DNA of 64,000 nucleotides. Origin: a virus (taxonomy: Duplodnaviria > Caudoviricetes). Position 1 is the stretch's first letter, and each line of letters begins with the position of its first letter. Location: positions 1-64,000 of the IMG/VR virus record IMGVR_UViG_3300043220_000070. One strand, written 5' to 3'. Of this stretch, positions 53,868 through 63,300 are shown in pieces. The translations under genes were made by a program, and so were the position numbers. The notes below the pieces were generated by a model, which was not told the DNA's origin, searched no databases, and worked only from the letters and a program-made list of their open reading frames with translations.

Positions 53868-54488
53868 CTACCTCCCAGGCACAGCGCGCGCGTATCGCTT
53901 CGGCCTGAAAAACTCGGCCTGCTGTTGGAGCAGGGACTCACTGGCCGCCATCGCTATCTGTTCCATCTGGGCGTACTGTTGCGCGTGGGCGCCGCCATGA
54001 CTCGACAGGTTGCGCGCGGCGTAGGTAATGGCACGCTCGCGGATGAAGCTCTCCATCCCCGGGTCGATTTCGTCACTGCCCTCACTGTACTCTGAGGTGG
54101 GCCGCGTCTGTCCCTTGAGCCTTAGGTCAATACTCACCACGGGGGTGTAGGACTCTCGGCTGAAGTGGATAGCCGGCGTGCCACTGGCGTCCACGACTAT
54201 CTCCCACTGGTACCAGGGGATGAAGGTGGGGTAGGTACCCGCGGCCGCCACAGACTCCGCCCAGATTTCGTGGATGTACGCTAGGCCCGCCGGCACATCG
54301 TACTCGTAGTCGTTGCTCGCAAGGGTGAGGCTCTCGTCCTGAGTCTCGAGTACCCAGCCCTCAGCGGCCGCGTCCCATGCGGCCGAATTTATCATCTCTA
54401 GCAGTTGCTGTCTGTTGAGTAGCTGACTGGCGGGGTCTTGGATGTGATGGGCAATTTCATCGCGGAGCTCGTCAACTGTTAGGGCCAT
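53868..54488 (-). CDS. head-tail adaptor / tail tubular-protein-A-like (paralogue 1)
   Basis: MINSAAWD..DYEYDVPA..ERAITYAAR..AVPGR. Confidence 0.7.
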   Translation of the reverse strand: MALTVDELRDEIAHHIQDPASQLLNRQQLLEMINSAAWDAAAEGWVLETQDESLTLASNDYEYDVPAGLAYIHEIWAESVAAAGTYPTFIPWYQWEIVVDASGTPAIHFSRESYTPVVSIDLRLKGQTRPTSEYSEGSDEIDPGMESFIRERAITYAARNLSSHGGAHAQQYAQMEQIAMAASESLLQQQAEFFRPKRYARAVPGR

Positions 54489-54497
54489 GACGACCTC

Positions 54498-54884
54498 CTA
54501 ATATAGAATGACGAGCCAAACATCAACCGCGAAGGTCTTGGTAGCGTCGGTACCTGTAGCGGTCACGAGGACGCGGATGTAGTCCAACACGTCCTCGGGC
54601 GACAGCGACACCACATCATCCTCCGTGGCGGTGTACGTCACGCTAGCGGCCGGGGCGTCAGTTCCGGCGTCCGTTAGGAGCTTGTCATAGCTAATGAGCG
54701 TCTGCCCGTCGTCGGGGGAGAACTCCACCGAGAGCACCACATTAGTGGGGGTGCTGGACTTTACGATTTGGACGTAAAGGCTGACACGCCGAGGCGTGAC
54801 GCCCTGGAAGTCGAAGACTCCAGCCAGACTAGTCGGGCTATCGTCCAGCGTGACATTTATGAGGTGCTCTGTCCGAATCGGCAT
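54498..54884 (-). CDS. small virion beta-sandwich protein
   Basis: Beta-rich; VEFSPDDG motif; in the structural operon. Confidence 0.6.
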   Translation of the reverse strand: MPIRTEHLINVTLDDSPTSLAGVFDFQGVTPRRVSLYVQIVKSSTPTNVVLSVEFSPDDGQTLISYDKLLTDAGTDAPAASVTYTATEDDVVSLSPEDVLDYIRVLVTATGTDATKTFAVDVWLVILY

Positions 54885-54894
54885 AAAGCCCTCC

Positions 54895-55488
54895 CTACGT
54901 CACGCTAGGACTAGCGGCAGCTCGCTCCTGCTCGGCCCGCTCCACAAGCTGGTCGCCCGAGGAACCGGGCTTGGCAGCCTGCTCACGCAGGTTGTTCACC
55001 AGGTTAGGAGGGAATGCTTCGTCAGCATCCATCTCACTAGTGTCGAGGAGCTGTTCCCGGTTGGACTTACGCGCCTGAAGCTCCTTGAGAGTCGCCCAGC
55101 TCTTGGTCGTGGGGTCGTCTGACCGCCGGCAAATCGTCGGGTGCTCGTCGCACCACTTAATGACCTTAGGGTCGTCCGTCGTCAGAACACCGGACGTGAA
55201 CTTGGCCCACACGTCGCCATCCCTCTTCACGATAGGAATCATTCCAGGCGTGGTGCCGGCGGTAAAGGGCGCCTTGACCAGCTTACCCGCTTCCACGAGG
55301 TAGTCGCTGTTGGCGTGCTCCGCCGCGGCGACGAATGCCACCATACCCTCGGGGGCCTCCACCGCCACTTCCGTAGTCTTGAGCTGCTCCGCAGCCTCCT
55401 GGCGACCAGGAAGACCCGGCGCTGCTTCGTTTCGCTCCGCAGGTGTTACAACACCCTCTGCCGGAGCACCGCTGTTACCGTATCCCAT
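54895..55488 (-). CDS. hypothetical head-associated protein
   Basis: GAGGAGG RBS, 197 aa. Confidence 0.6.
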   Translation of the reverse strand: MGYGNSGAPAEGVVTPAERNEAAPGLPGRQEAAEQLKTTEVAVEAPEGMVAFVAAAEHANSDYLVEAGKLVKAPFTAGTTPGMIPIVKRDGDVWAKFTSGVLTTDDPKVIKWCDEHPTICRRSDDPTTKSWATLKELQARKSNREQLLDTSEMDADEAFPPNLVNNLREQAAKPGSSGDQLVERAEQERAAASPSVT

Positions 55489-55584
55489 TGTCCTTCTCCT
55501 CCTCTGAATTCACTCACAAGCGGCTGGCCGGCGGAGGTGCAGTCGAGGAGGTGACCAGCCAACCGCTTGATGAGCGCACCTTGA

Positions 55585-56382
55585 TTATGAGTGCTGTAGC
55601 ACTCTGTACTCCGTGATGAACGTGTACCCTTCACCAACAGTCGTAACGGTGTCGAGGGTAAGTTCAGCGTTCAAACTGTCGCCACTCTCAAGGATTTGGC
55701 TCCCAACGAACAGGGAGTTGTAGTCCTGGATGGAGGCGTTCTCCAAGTTCGAGGTTGTGGAGTCCAGCGTCAAGTCACTACGCGGGCGCAAGTCCGTAAT
55801 GAGCGTGGCCAGAATGTCCGCAAGCACCTGGTCACTCGGTGGGCCGCTCATGTCAGCATCGCGGTCGGTCGTGATGTTGGTCAGGTTGTAGTACGGAAGC
55901 GAGCCGGTAAAAAGGTCGTTGATAAACGTCCCTAGAATATCGGCAATTACCGCATCCGCCGGCGGGCCGCTAATATCGGCATCACGGTCGGTCGTGAGAC
56001 TGGTGATGGTGTAGGCCGGGATGCTTAGGCCGTAGGTCTCCAAGTCTGACACGAGCGTGCCGAGAACGTTTGCCAGCTCCTGGTTGGCTGCTGTATCGGC
56101 GTCGAATACGCGGTCTTCCGAAGCGTTCGTCAGTGAGAACGCCTGGACTGCTGTGGTCAGAGCCGTTCCCGTCAGCAGCGAGTCTAGGAACTCAATGTCA
56201 ACAGTAGCGGTGGTGCCAGCTACGGCTACTTCAGCCATGTAGCCAATTCGCAGCACCTCGATGCGGAAGTTTGCTCCCCGAGGGACGGCCAGAAGGCCGA
56301 CATTGGGGGGACGCTCGCTGGCGTCTATGTCGCCAAGAGCGGCAACTGCCAGATGTACCGCACTCTGTGGTTCAAAAGCCAT
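55585..56382 (-). CDS. capsid decoration-like protein with three internal ~38-aa repeats
   Basis: (TN/TS)..TDR.DAD.....LADILGT...DL x3. Confidence 0.65.
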   Translation of the reverse strand: MAFEPQSAVHLAVAALGDIDASERPPNVGLLAVPRGANFRIEVLRIGYMAEVAVAGTTATVDIEFLDSLLTGTALTTAVQAFSLTNASEDRVFDADTAANQELANVLGTLVSDLETYGLSIPAYTITSLTTDRDADISGPPADAVIADILGTFINDLFTGSLPYYNLTNITTDRDADMSGPPSDQVLADILATLITDLRPRSDLTLDSTTSNLENASIQDYNSLFVGSQILESGDSLNAELTLDTVTTVGEGYTFITEYRVLQHS

Positions 56383-56461
56383 TTTCTCTTCTCCCTGTTC
56401 TTAGCGGTTCTACCCTTTAGGGGGGCTACTCTGCGCCGCTCCCCGGGGGCGCACTAGACAC

Positions 56462-56743
56462 TTACGGTTGTAGCGCGACCTTGATAGTGGGCCGAAGATA
56501 AATTGGGCTGGGGCCGGGTGGAGGGTCGCCACTGTGTGGTTCCTGCTCCTCCTGTAGTACAAGGGTGACATCGCCGACCCTATAGGTCACTTCCTCACCA
56601 GCGAGGTTCCTATACGTGACGTACATACCCTCAAAAGGTAGCACGTCAATACTGGATACACTCAGTACTAATTCCTCACCCAGCCAGAACTCGGCGTGGC
56701 TTCTACGCCAACCCGGGTCATTAGGCCCTTCAAACCAAAGCAC
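56462..56743 (-). CDS. small hypothetical protein
   Basis: GGAGG RBS. Confidence 0.55.
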   Translation of the reverse strand: MLWFEGPNDPGWRRSHAEFWLGEELVLSVSSIDVLPFEGMYVTYRNLAGEEVTYRVGDVTLVLQEEQEPHSGDPPPGPSPIYLRPTIKVALQP

Positions 56744-56766
56744 TGTCCTTCCTCCAACTCGCCGGG

Positions 56767-57693
56767 TTACGGCTCGATGTAGTGATTTCCGGCCAACGTC
56801 CAGGTCGCCGTTATCATGGCGGCGTGGTCGATGTCAAAGGCGCTGTCGTCATTCACCTCAAAGTAATTGTCCGTGATGAAGCCGTTACCTGCACCGCCAA
56901 GGGTGTGGATTGGCGTCGTCACGTCCTGGAACCGGTTCGAGTGGAGGAAGTTGTCCTGGGGCGTTCCAGAACGTGTTGCAATCCCGATAGCACAGTTCGA
57001 GAACAAGCAATCCTCGACGACGTTCCGCACAGGGTTGTTCGTGCCCGAGCCACGGAACGAGACCCCTGCACCACTGTTGGCGAGAGCATCGAACGTGCAA
57101 CGCCTCACAGCACATAGGCTCGCGCCTCTCATCTCGAACCCGTCATAACCGGTGCCCCACCCATGAAAGAGGCACTCGAATAGCTCGGTGTAGAAGGCGT
57201 TCACTCCTGTTCCACCATCGCTCGTCGCCCGCACAGAGGGGCCTGTGGCGAAACGCGAAGCGAATGTGAAGCCAATCCACTTACATCCTGCCGTGATTTC
57301 CACGACTGGGCCAGTCGTGTAACCTGAAGCGGCGATAATCCAGTGCTCATCAGTGTTCTGACGATTCACGCCGTACGTGTCGGCCATGAGGGTAATGCCA
57401 CGCTTGTCACAGGTGATGGCGGACGTAACGGTATGCCCCCCGCGACTAACGATGATTACGTCGCCACGCTGGGATACGCACAAGTCAATCGCAGCCTGGA
57501 TAGTCGCCAGAGGTTGTCTGGGGTCAATCCCATTATCCCCATCGTTCCCATTTGTAGGGTCAACGAAGAAGATGTGAGGTCGGTTAACCCCCTGCCCGTG
57601 AGGGCCACCACGCTCAACTGGCGACTGGGGGCCAATCAATTCTCCAGTCCGCAGATAGCGGTCAATCAGATTGGAGCTAAGGTTTGGTTCCAT
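56767..57693 (-). CDS. beta-helix (pectin-lyase-like) head fibre/spike
   Basis: FFVDPTNGNDGDNG..PLATIQAAID..GDVI, followed by beta-helix rungs. Confidence 0.8.
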   Translation of the reverse strand: MEPNLSSNLIDRYLRTGELIGPQSPVERGGPHGQGVNRPHIFFVDPTNGNDGDNGIDPRQPLATIQAAIDLCVSQRGDVIIVSRGGHTVTSAITCDKRGITLMADTYGVNRQNTDEHWIIAASGYTTGPVVEITAGCKWIGFTFASRFATGPSVRATSDGGTGVNAFYTELFECLFHGWGTGYDGFEMRGASLCAVRRCTFDALANSGAGVSFRGSGTNNPVRNVVEDCLFSNCAIGIATRSGTPQDNFLHSNRFQDVTTPIHTLGGAGNGFITDNYFEVNDDSAFDIDHAAMITATWTLAGNHYIEP

Positions 57694-57705
57694 GTTTCTA
57701 CTCTC

Positions 57706-57972
57706 CTAGATGCTCGTCCACGTGTCGTTCCGCTTCTGCCACAGAGTTCCTGCACCATCTACGGCACTAATGTAGAGCGAGCCGTCTGCGTATTTGGCAT
57801 CAGCCCCCACCTCGGTTACGATGTCGGCATTTGACGTAGCTACCCCTATGAAGAGGACTACGGGCTCGCCGGCGTCGTTCGCACCAATTACAACCCCCCC
57901 TATGGCCCCTACACCCGTAGGTGTGAGGCCGGGGAGGTTGGCCAGTGCGCGTCCAACTGAGGTCTGACTCAC
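57706..57972 (-). CDS. small capsid-associated protein
   Basis: Directly after the MCP; GSLYI..AGTLW.K. Confidence 0.6.
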   Translation of the reverse strand: MSQTSVGRALANLPGLTPTGVGAIGGVVIGANDAGEPVVLFIGVATSNADIVTEVGADAKYADGSLYISAVDGAGTLWQKRNDTWTSI

Positions 57973-58001
57973 AACTCTAATCCCTCTTCCAGCCCCTCAA
58001 C

Positions 58002-59204
58002 TTACGTCGTCAGGCTGAAGTTGTGAATCCGGGCCTCTGCACGCGGGCCGCTGTGAATAGCGGACACGTCCGCGTAGAAGGCCTGCTGGATTCGCGGGCC
58101 AGTCGAGCTGGGCGGAAGCTGCCGGAGCTGAGGCCGGCCAAGCGTCCCGTGGTGACCCATCCGGTGGTTCTCCCGCCGAATGAGAATCATCTCGTCCTGC
58201 GCCACCGCGGTGTGCAGAAGGATGTCCACAACACCGAAGTCGGTGTTGAGGCGGTCGACCGTGATACCAGCCGTCTGGCCAGTGCCCGGGCCGAGTCGCT
58301 CGGCACCGCTGAAGAACGAGCTGACCTTCCTCTTCGCCCAGGCGGAGCACACAAAGGTCTTCGCCATCTTGTCGCCGCCAACTTCGTAGAAGAGGTCTTC
58401 CAGCTCATCGTCGATGTCACTACGGGCAAGAGCGGCGCCGCTCAGGTCGGTCACCTGTGCGCCGTTGGCTGCCGTCACGAAGTCCTTGATACCACCCAGA
58501 AGGGAGGGAACCGAGGACGAGCCGGCAAACCGGTCACCGTGCACGAACTCCGCCTCCATGAGGACGAACTGCTCGGCTACCGTATCGGCAGCCTGCTTGT
58601 CCAGGTCGTTCCCCTGAAGGCCATACTGCTGTGTCTCGACCATGCGGAACGTCGCCTGGACGCCCACGCTGTGCACCTGGCTGTAGTTGAACGGCATGGT
58701 GGTCAGACTAGTGGGTCGGAAGACCCAGTTATCGTTCTCATGCATCGCAAAACCGGCCACAAACACCTCATCGGTCGAGGCCCAGGCGCCTTCTGTCACG
58801 CGACTGGTGATGTCGCGCTGAATGGTGAGGGCGTTGACACTTGCGTGCCCCGTCACCCGCACGAACTCATTATCGTTGCGGTTGTACAGAATCGTACCCA
58901 CCGGGAAGCGGTGAGCCGCGCCTGTAACGGTCAGGGAGGTGGTGGTACCAGCCGCAAGGCCGCTATGCGACAGGCGGCGGTTCCACGGGTCGTCTTCCAC
59001 CCACTCAATTCGAGTGTGGGTGTACTGGAACTGCTCTACGCCACCGGTGTACTTGAGCAGGTCGGTCGAGCGCTCGCTCATGTTCACCAGAAGCGGCGCC
59101 ACCCAGCGGACTCGCAGCGACGTGGTACCGTCGAGCAAGAACTCCGCAGGATAGCCACTGTCGGGCATACCGGCAAAGCGCATTGTTTCTAATGTTCCGG
59201 CCAT
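58002..59204 (-). CDS. major capsid protein (SU10/DUF5309-like, HK97 fold)
   Basis: 400 aa; TRIEWVED..L, NYSQV, ME..F..G, LGGI motifs; follows the scaffold gene. Confidence 0.88.
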   Translation of the reverse strand: MAGTLETMRFAGMPDSGYPAEFLLDGTTSLRVRWVAPLLVNMSERSTDLLKYTGGVEQFQYTHTRIEWVEDDPWNRRLSHSGLAAGTTTSLTVTGAAHRFPVGTILYNRNDNEFVRVTGHASVNALTIQRDITSRVTEGAWASTDEVFVAGFAMHENDNWVFRPTSLTTMPFNYSQVHSVGVQATFRMVETQQYGLQGNDLDKQAADTVAEQFVLMEAEFVHGDRFAGSSSVPSLLGGIKDFVTAANGAQVTDLSGAALARSDIDDELEDLFYEVGGDKMAKTFVCSAWAKRKVSSFFSGAERLGPGTGQTAGITVDRLNTDFGVVDILLHTAVAQDEMILIRRENHRMGHHGTLGRPQLRQLPPSSTGPRIQQAFYADVSAIHSGPRAEARIHNFSLTT

Positions 59205-59226
59205 TTCACTTTGCTCCTAAGCTGCT

Positions 59227-60294
59227 TTACGCTTGTCGAACACGGACTGAATTCCAGTCCATGTCCCTTAAATTCTGCTTCATGGCGTCAGCACTCTGTT
59301 CCTCAGAGAACTTCTTGCCTTCTTCAACAGTACCACCTGAACCTATGTCGCTCTGGGCGGTGGCCCCCGCCGGAACTCCGGCGTTTGGCTGCGGCTGCGG
59401 CTCTGGAGCCGCGGTCGCCGCCGGCTGAGCGGCTGGTTCGGCCGGTACTGCTGGGGCGGGCGCCGGCTCTACCGGGGCCGTACCCTCAGCCAGCTTCTTC
59501 TCCAAGAAGGCTGACTTCTGCTGCTCGCAATAGAGCTCCATTTCCTCTGGACTCCCAATTGCCTCGATAGCATCGCGTGCTACACCGAACTGCGTGTATT
59601 CCAGGACTAGGCTGTCAATCATTAAGGCCTTCTGGATTCCAATCAACTCGGTGCGGTCGGCGTCGAGCTTAACCCACTCGTCATCCTGCGCGAATTTGGC
59701 ACGTGCCGTCTCTTGTTCCGCAGGTGTCAGTTCACGGGTCTGGAGTTCACGAATCTGATTCGTAAGCTCCTGAGAGCGCGTGCTCGATTCCTGCAACTGG
59801 CGGTCGACCTGCGCAGAACGTTTGTCGCTCTGGCTCTGCGCAGCCCTTTGCGCCTCTTGCACGATTTCCGTGCGTTGCTCCTCAAGGAAGGTGCCTAACC
59901 TTCCAAGAGCAGCCGCCTCCTCTGGCGTAGCCTCCGGTGTGGCTGCGGCTGGCGCGGTCTTCGCAACAACCGGGGCTGCCGGCTGTTGGGCCGTCGGTGG
60001 GACGACCTCTACAACGGGCGGTGGCGTCGGCTCAACTACCTGCTGAGCCGGAGCCTGGGGCTCTCCTGCCGGGGCTGCTGGAGTCTGAGCTGTCGATGGA
60101 GACTGCGGCTCTGGCTGCGAACCCGCCGGCTCCGCTGCGGCTCCAGCTTGTGAAGCCTGTGGCGAAGGGTCGGCCTGATTCTGCGAACTCAAAGGACGCG
60201 CTTCTCCAGTCTCTAGGTTCAACTCTACGGTGTCTTGCCCACCTAGCTTTTCCACCATCTCAGGGGATGCCTGTGCAGGGTTGTTACCCGTCAT
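59227..60294 (-). CDS. capsid scaffolding protein
   Basis: Pro/Ala/Gln-rich disordered ends and a central coiled coil; GAGGAGG RBS; directly upstream of the MCP. Confidence 0.75.
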   Translation of the reverse strand: MTGNNPAQASPEMVEKLGGQDTVELNLETGEARPLSSQNQADPSPQASQAGAAAEPAGSQPEPQSPSTAQTPAAPAGEPQAPAQQVVEPTPPPVVEVVPPTAQQPAAPVVAKTAPAAATPEATPEEAAALGRLGTFLEEQRTEIVQEAQRAAQSQSDKRSAQVDRQLQESSTRSQELTNQIRELQTRELTPAEQETARAKFAQDDEWVKLDADRTELIGIQKALMIDSLVLEYTQFGVARDAIEAIGSPEEMELYCEQQKSAFLEKKLAEGTAPVEPAPAPAVPAEPAAQPAATAAPEPQPQPNAGVPAGATAQSDIGSGGTVEEGKKFSEEQSADAMKQNLRDMDWNSVRVRQA

Positions 60295-60323
60295 AAGATA
60301 TAGTCCTCCTCTCACCTATGTTC

Positions 60324-60353
60324 ATTATAGGGGGTTCAGGGGCTTAATGTCAA
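60324..60353 (-). promoter_or_regulatory. consensus promoter TTGACA-N18-TATAAT for the head operon
   Basis: Perfect hexamers; an iteron-family motif lies 7 nt upstream of the -35. Confidence 0.85.
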
Positions 60354-60359
60354 GTGAGG

Positions 60360-60380
60360 GACAACGGGTTGTGGGTTACA
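60360..60380. repeat. iteron/operator-family copy GACAACGGGTTGTGGGTTACA
   Basis: Matches clusters A and B. Confidence 0.7.
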
Positions 60381-60386
60381 GGGGGT

Positions 60387-63300
60387 TTAGCGCCGCTCTC
60401 GCTTCAGACGCTCGGCAATATCACCAGAAAGGGGAGCCTCAAAGTAACCCATGTCGGGCCATTTTTGCTGGGAGCGCCTGAGGTACTCTTGGGCCGCCTC
60501 AGAACGAACGGTCGTTGTGAATCCCTGACGGAAGAGTTCAGCGTCCATAACGGGGTTTATCTCCCGTAGGGTCTGCCGCAGCTCGGAAATACTGGGTGCA
60601 CCATCCCCATAGGCCGATTCGAGCATCATGTTCAGATACTTGTCGGTGAGCCGCGCTACATCCCCGGGAGAGGCTCGGCGGTCTTTCCCCCGGAAATCCT
60701 TGACTATTTGGGCCTCCAAATCATCTAGGGAGATGCCAAGAGCTACCGAGACTTCCTCACGCATTCGGAGGTACCCTGTAGGTTCAACGACCTCCTCAAA
60801 GCGTCCTCGCATGTGGCGCCGCACCTCAGTCTCCCGCCGGCGGAGCCACGTCTCCACTAGTGGTAGGAACTCCTCAGGCACCTGGGCCAGGGCCGCATCC
60901 CTATCGGCAAAGAACGCCTCCCAGTCAGGCACGAGGGTGTCCTTATCCCGGTAGTCGTCGAGGTCGACAGCGTAATAGGCATCTAGGGCGGAGTTCACCG
61001 TGCCGGTGGGGGCCACTCCCTGGTCGGTGAAGTCGACACCCAGGCCCTCGCGGAAGCCCCGAAGCTCGAAGTACTCCGCCGCCTGAGCCTCCCCGTACTG
61101 CTCCCGGTAGTCAGAACCGTTCATGCGGCCGGCGGTGTAGGAGTCCTCAACTCTCTGCCGCGTCTCAACATGAGTCTCAGCGATGGTCTCGCGCCCCTCA
61201 CGGTACCGCCTCCAGAAGCGCTCCTGTGGGCGGTCGCGGATGGGGCGAACACGACCTTCAGTAACCGCCACCACGTCAGGATTGTTCCGAACGAGGTCTT
61301 GGGCCGGGGTGTTGTTCTCCAAGTCGCTCCAAGGCACCCCGAAGGCGTACTGAGAGACGCGGTTCAGAACGGGTTCCAGCGCCTCCCACGCCGTCTCGGG
61401 GGACGTGCGGAGGCCAAAGAACTCGGCAATGAACCGCGGCGTGCCGCGCTGGATGCTCCCCCCTTGGAGGAGAGCGTCGAGTGTAATGGGGGCAAAATTG
61501 TCGAGAGCGTAGTCCCCGAGCACCCGGGGGTCATCCACCATCTCAGAGATGTTGACCGAGTAACCAAGGAAGTCAGACCCTTCAATTTCCGTATTCCCCG
61601 TTAGGAGCCCCGCAAGACTCGGGCCGAAGTTCATCATCTGACCGGTAAAGGGGGCGGCACGGCTCCTCCAGCCCCGAACGATGGGGTTCTGGACAAGTGC
61701 CTCTTCCCAGTTCTCGAACTCCCAGTTGTCCTTATTGGCCAACCCACCTGCAAGGGCGAAACCCGCGCGGTAGGTACCCCCCAGCCCGTACCAGTCCTTG
61801 CCAATCTTCATTGACATGAACTTCTTACCGCCGGCCGGGTTGAGCGCCTCCTTGATTTCATCAAAGATTTCGTCTTGGCTCTTACCAGTCGACACACCCC
61901 GGGCGGCGATGAGGCCTGACACAATGGATGCCCCACCAACCAACATCTTCGCTATGATGGCCCGAGCCTGGGCTGGAGTATAACCACGCCCCAATGCGTA
62001 GGACAGCGTACCGAGGAACGACCGCGTGTAGCGAGTGGCGAACCAGACGAAGGCGGATTCTGCTTGGTGCTGACTGGCCGAGATGACCCCGCCTAGCTTC
62101 GGCTGTCCAATGAGCGTATCGGTAAAGCGCGCCAGGCGGAACAGCTCTTCATGGAGGGCCGCTCCCTCCAAGGGCCGGGCTCCCAGGCGGGCGCCCATTG
62201 CCTCTACCAACAGACCGGGTTTGGTCGCCACTTCTGCCATCGTATCGAAGGCCAACACCCGGCCGTAGGATAGCGAGGCGTCGAAGCCCACCGTCATCCG
62301 ATTGATGAAAGAGCGCATAGGAAAGGTGGCTACATCGAGAACAGGGGAGACGACCGGAGCACGCGGGAGCCCTAAACCCCCCATACGGGCCGCCTCCATG
62401 AGCTCCGAAGTGAACCCCATGTCCCCGCCGTACATAGCGTAACGCTGAGCCGCGGGGCTGCCGGCCATCCAGCGGTAGAACTGCTTTGGCTCTATCAGAG
62501 CGTTGTAGAACCCCCGGGCCATCGCCTCTCCCCATGCCGTGGGGTTGAGCGCCGCAAGTGTGACGAGCTGAATGGCACCCCATCCCGTATCCAACGTACC
62601 TGTCAGCATCAGACGGGCGACGGCATTCACCTTCTGGGGCAGGACAATCACGGGGTTTTTCGTACCCTGGCCAACGACCGTCATAATTTCTCGGGCGTGC
62701 GCCTTGCTCACGATACCCCGAATGGTCGTACCAAGCTCGGTGGCGTAGGTCTCAGTTATACGTGGCCCCTTACCAAAGCGCAGTATGCCCTCTTCCTTCA
62801 TGTAGCGCCCCATGAGAGAATCCCTCGTGAGCTTCTGCATTCCCTCAATAGCACCCTCCATCTGGTTTAAGAGACCTGGGCGGTACTTAATGCCGTACTC
62901 GGCAATAGCCTCCTGCTGTACCTCGAACTGGCGCTGGAAGAGAGCTGGTGGCTTCCCGCGGCGGGCGCCGGCAGTGACACTCCAAAGTTTACTCTCTGGG
63001 TCAACTGCGAAGCGGGGCCACCACACATCCCGCTTCTTAATGGTCATCCCCGTCGCCTGCTCCGCGAAGCTAATGTGGGGCTCCATTGCGGCCCGTGCTT
63101 GTGAGATGAAGCCAAGCTGCTCTTCGGTTAGCCGACCCAGGTAGGTCTTCTCACCACGCATGACGCTCTCAAACACATCACCGCCGGCAACCCACTCACC
63201 TTCACCGCGGCGGAAGAGGTTCCCCGCCTTAGAAGCCTCAAAACGGGTCAGCGCGCGCGCCGGTAGCCCCGTCGAAACGGGAGCCTTTGTTGGTACCCAG

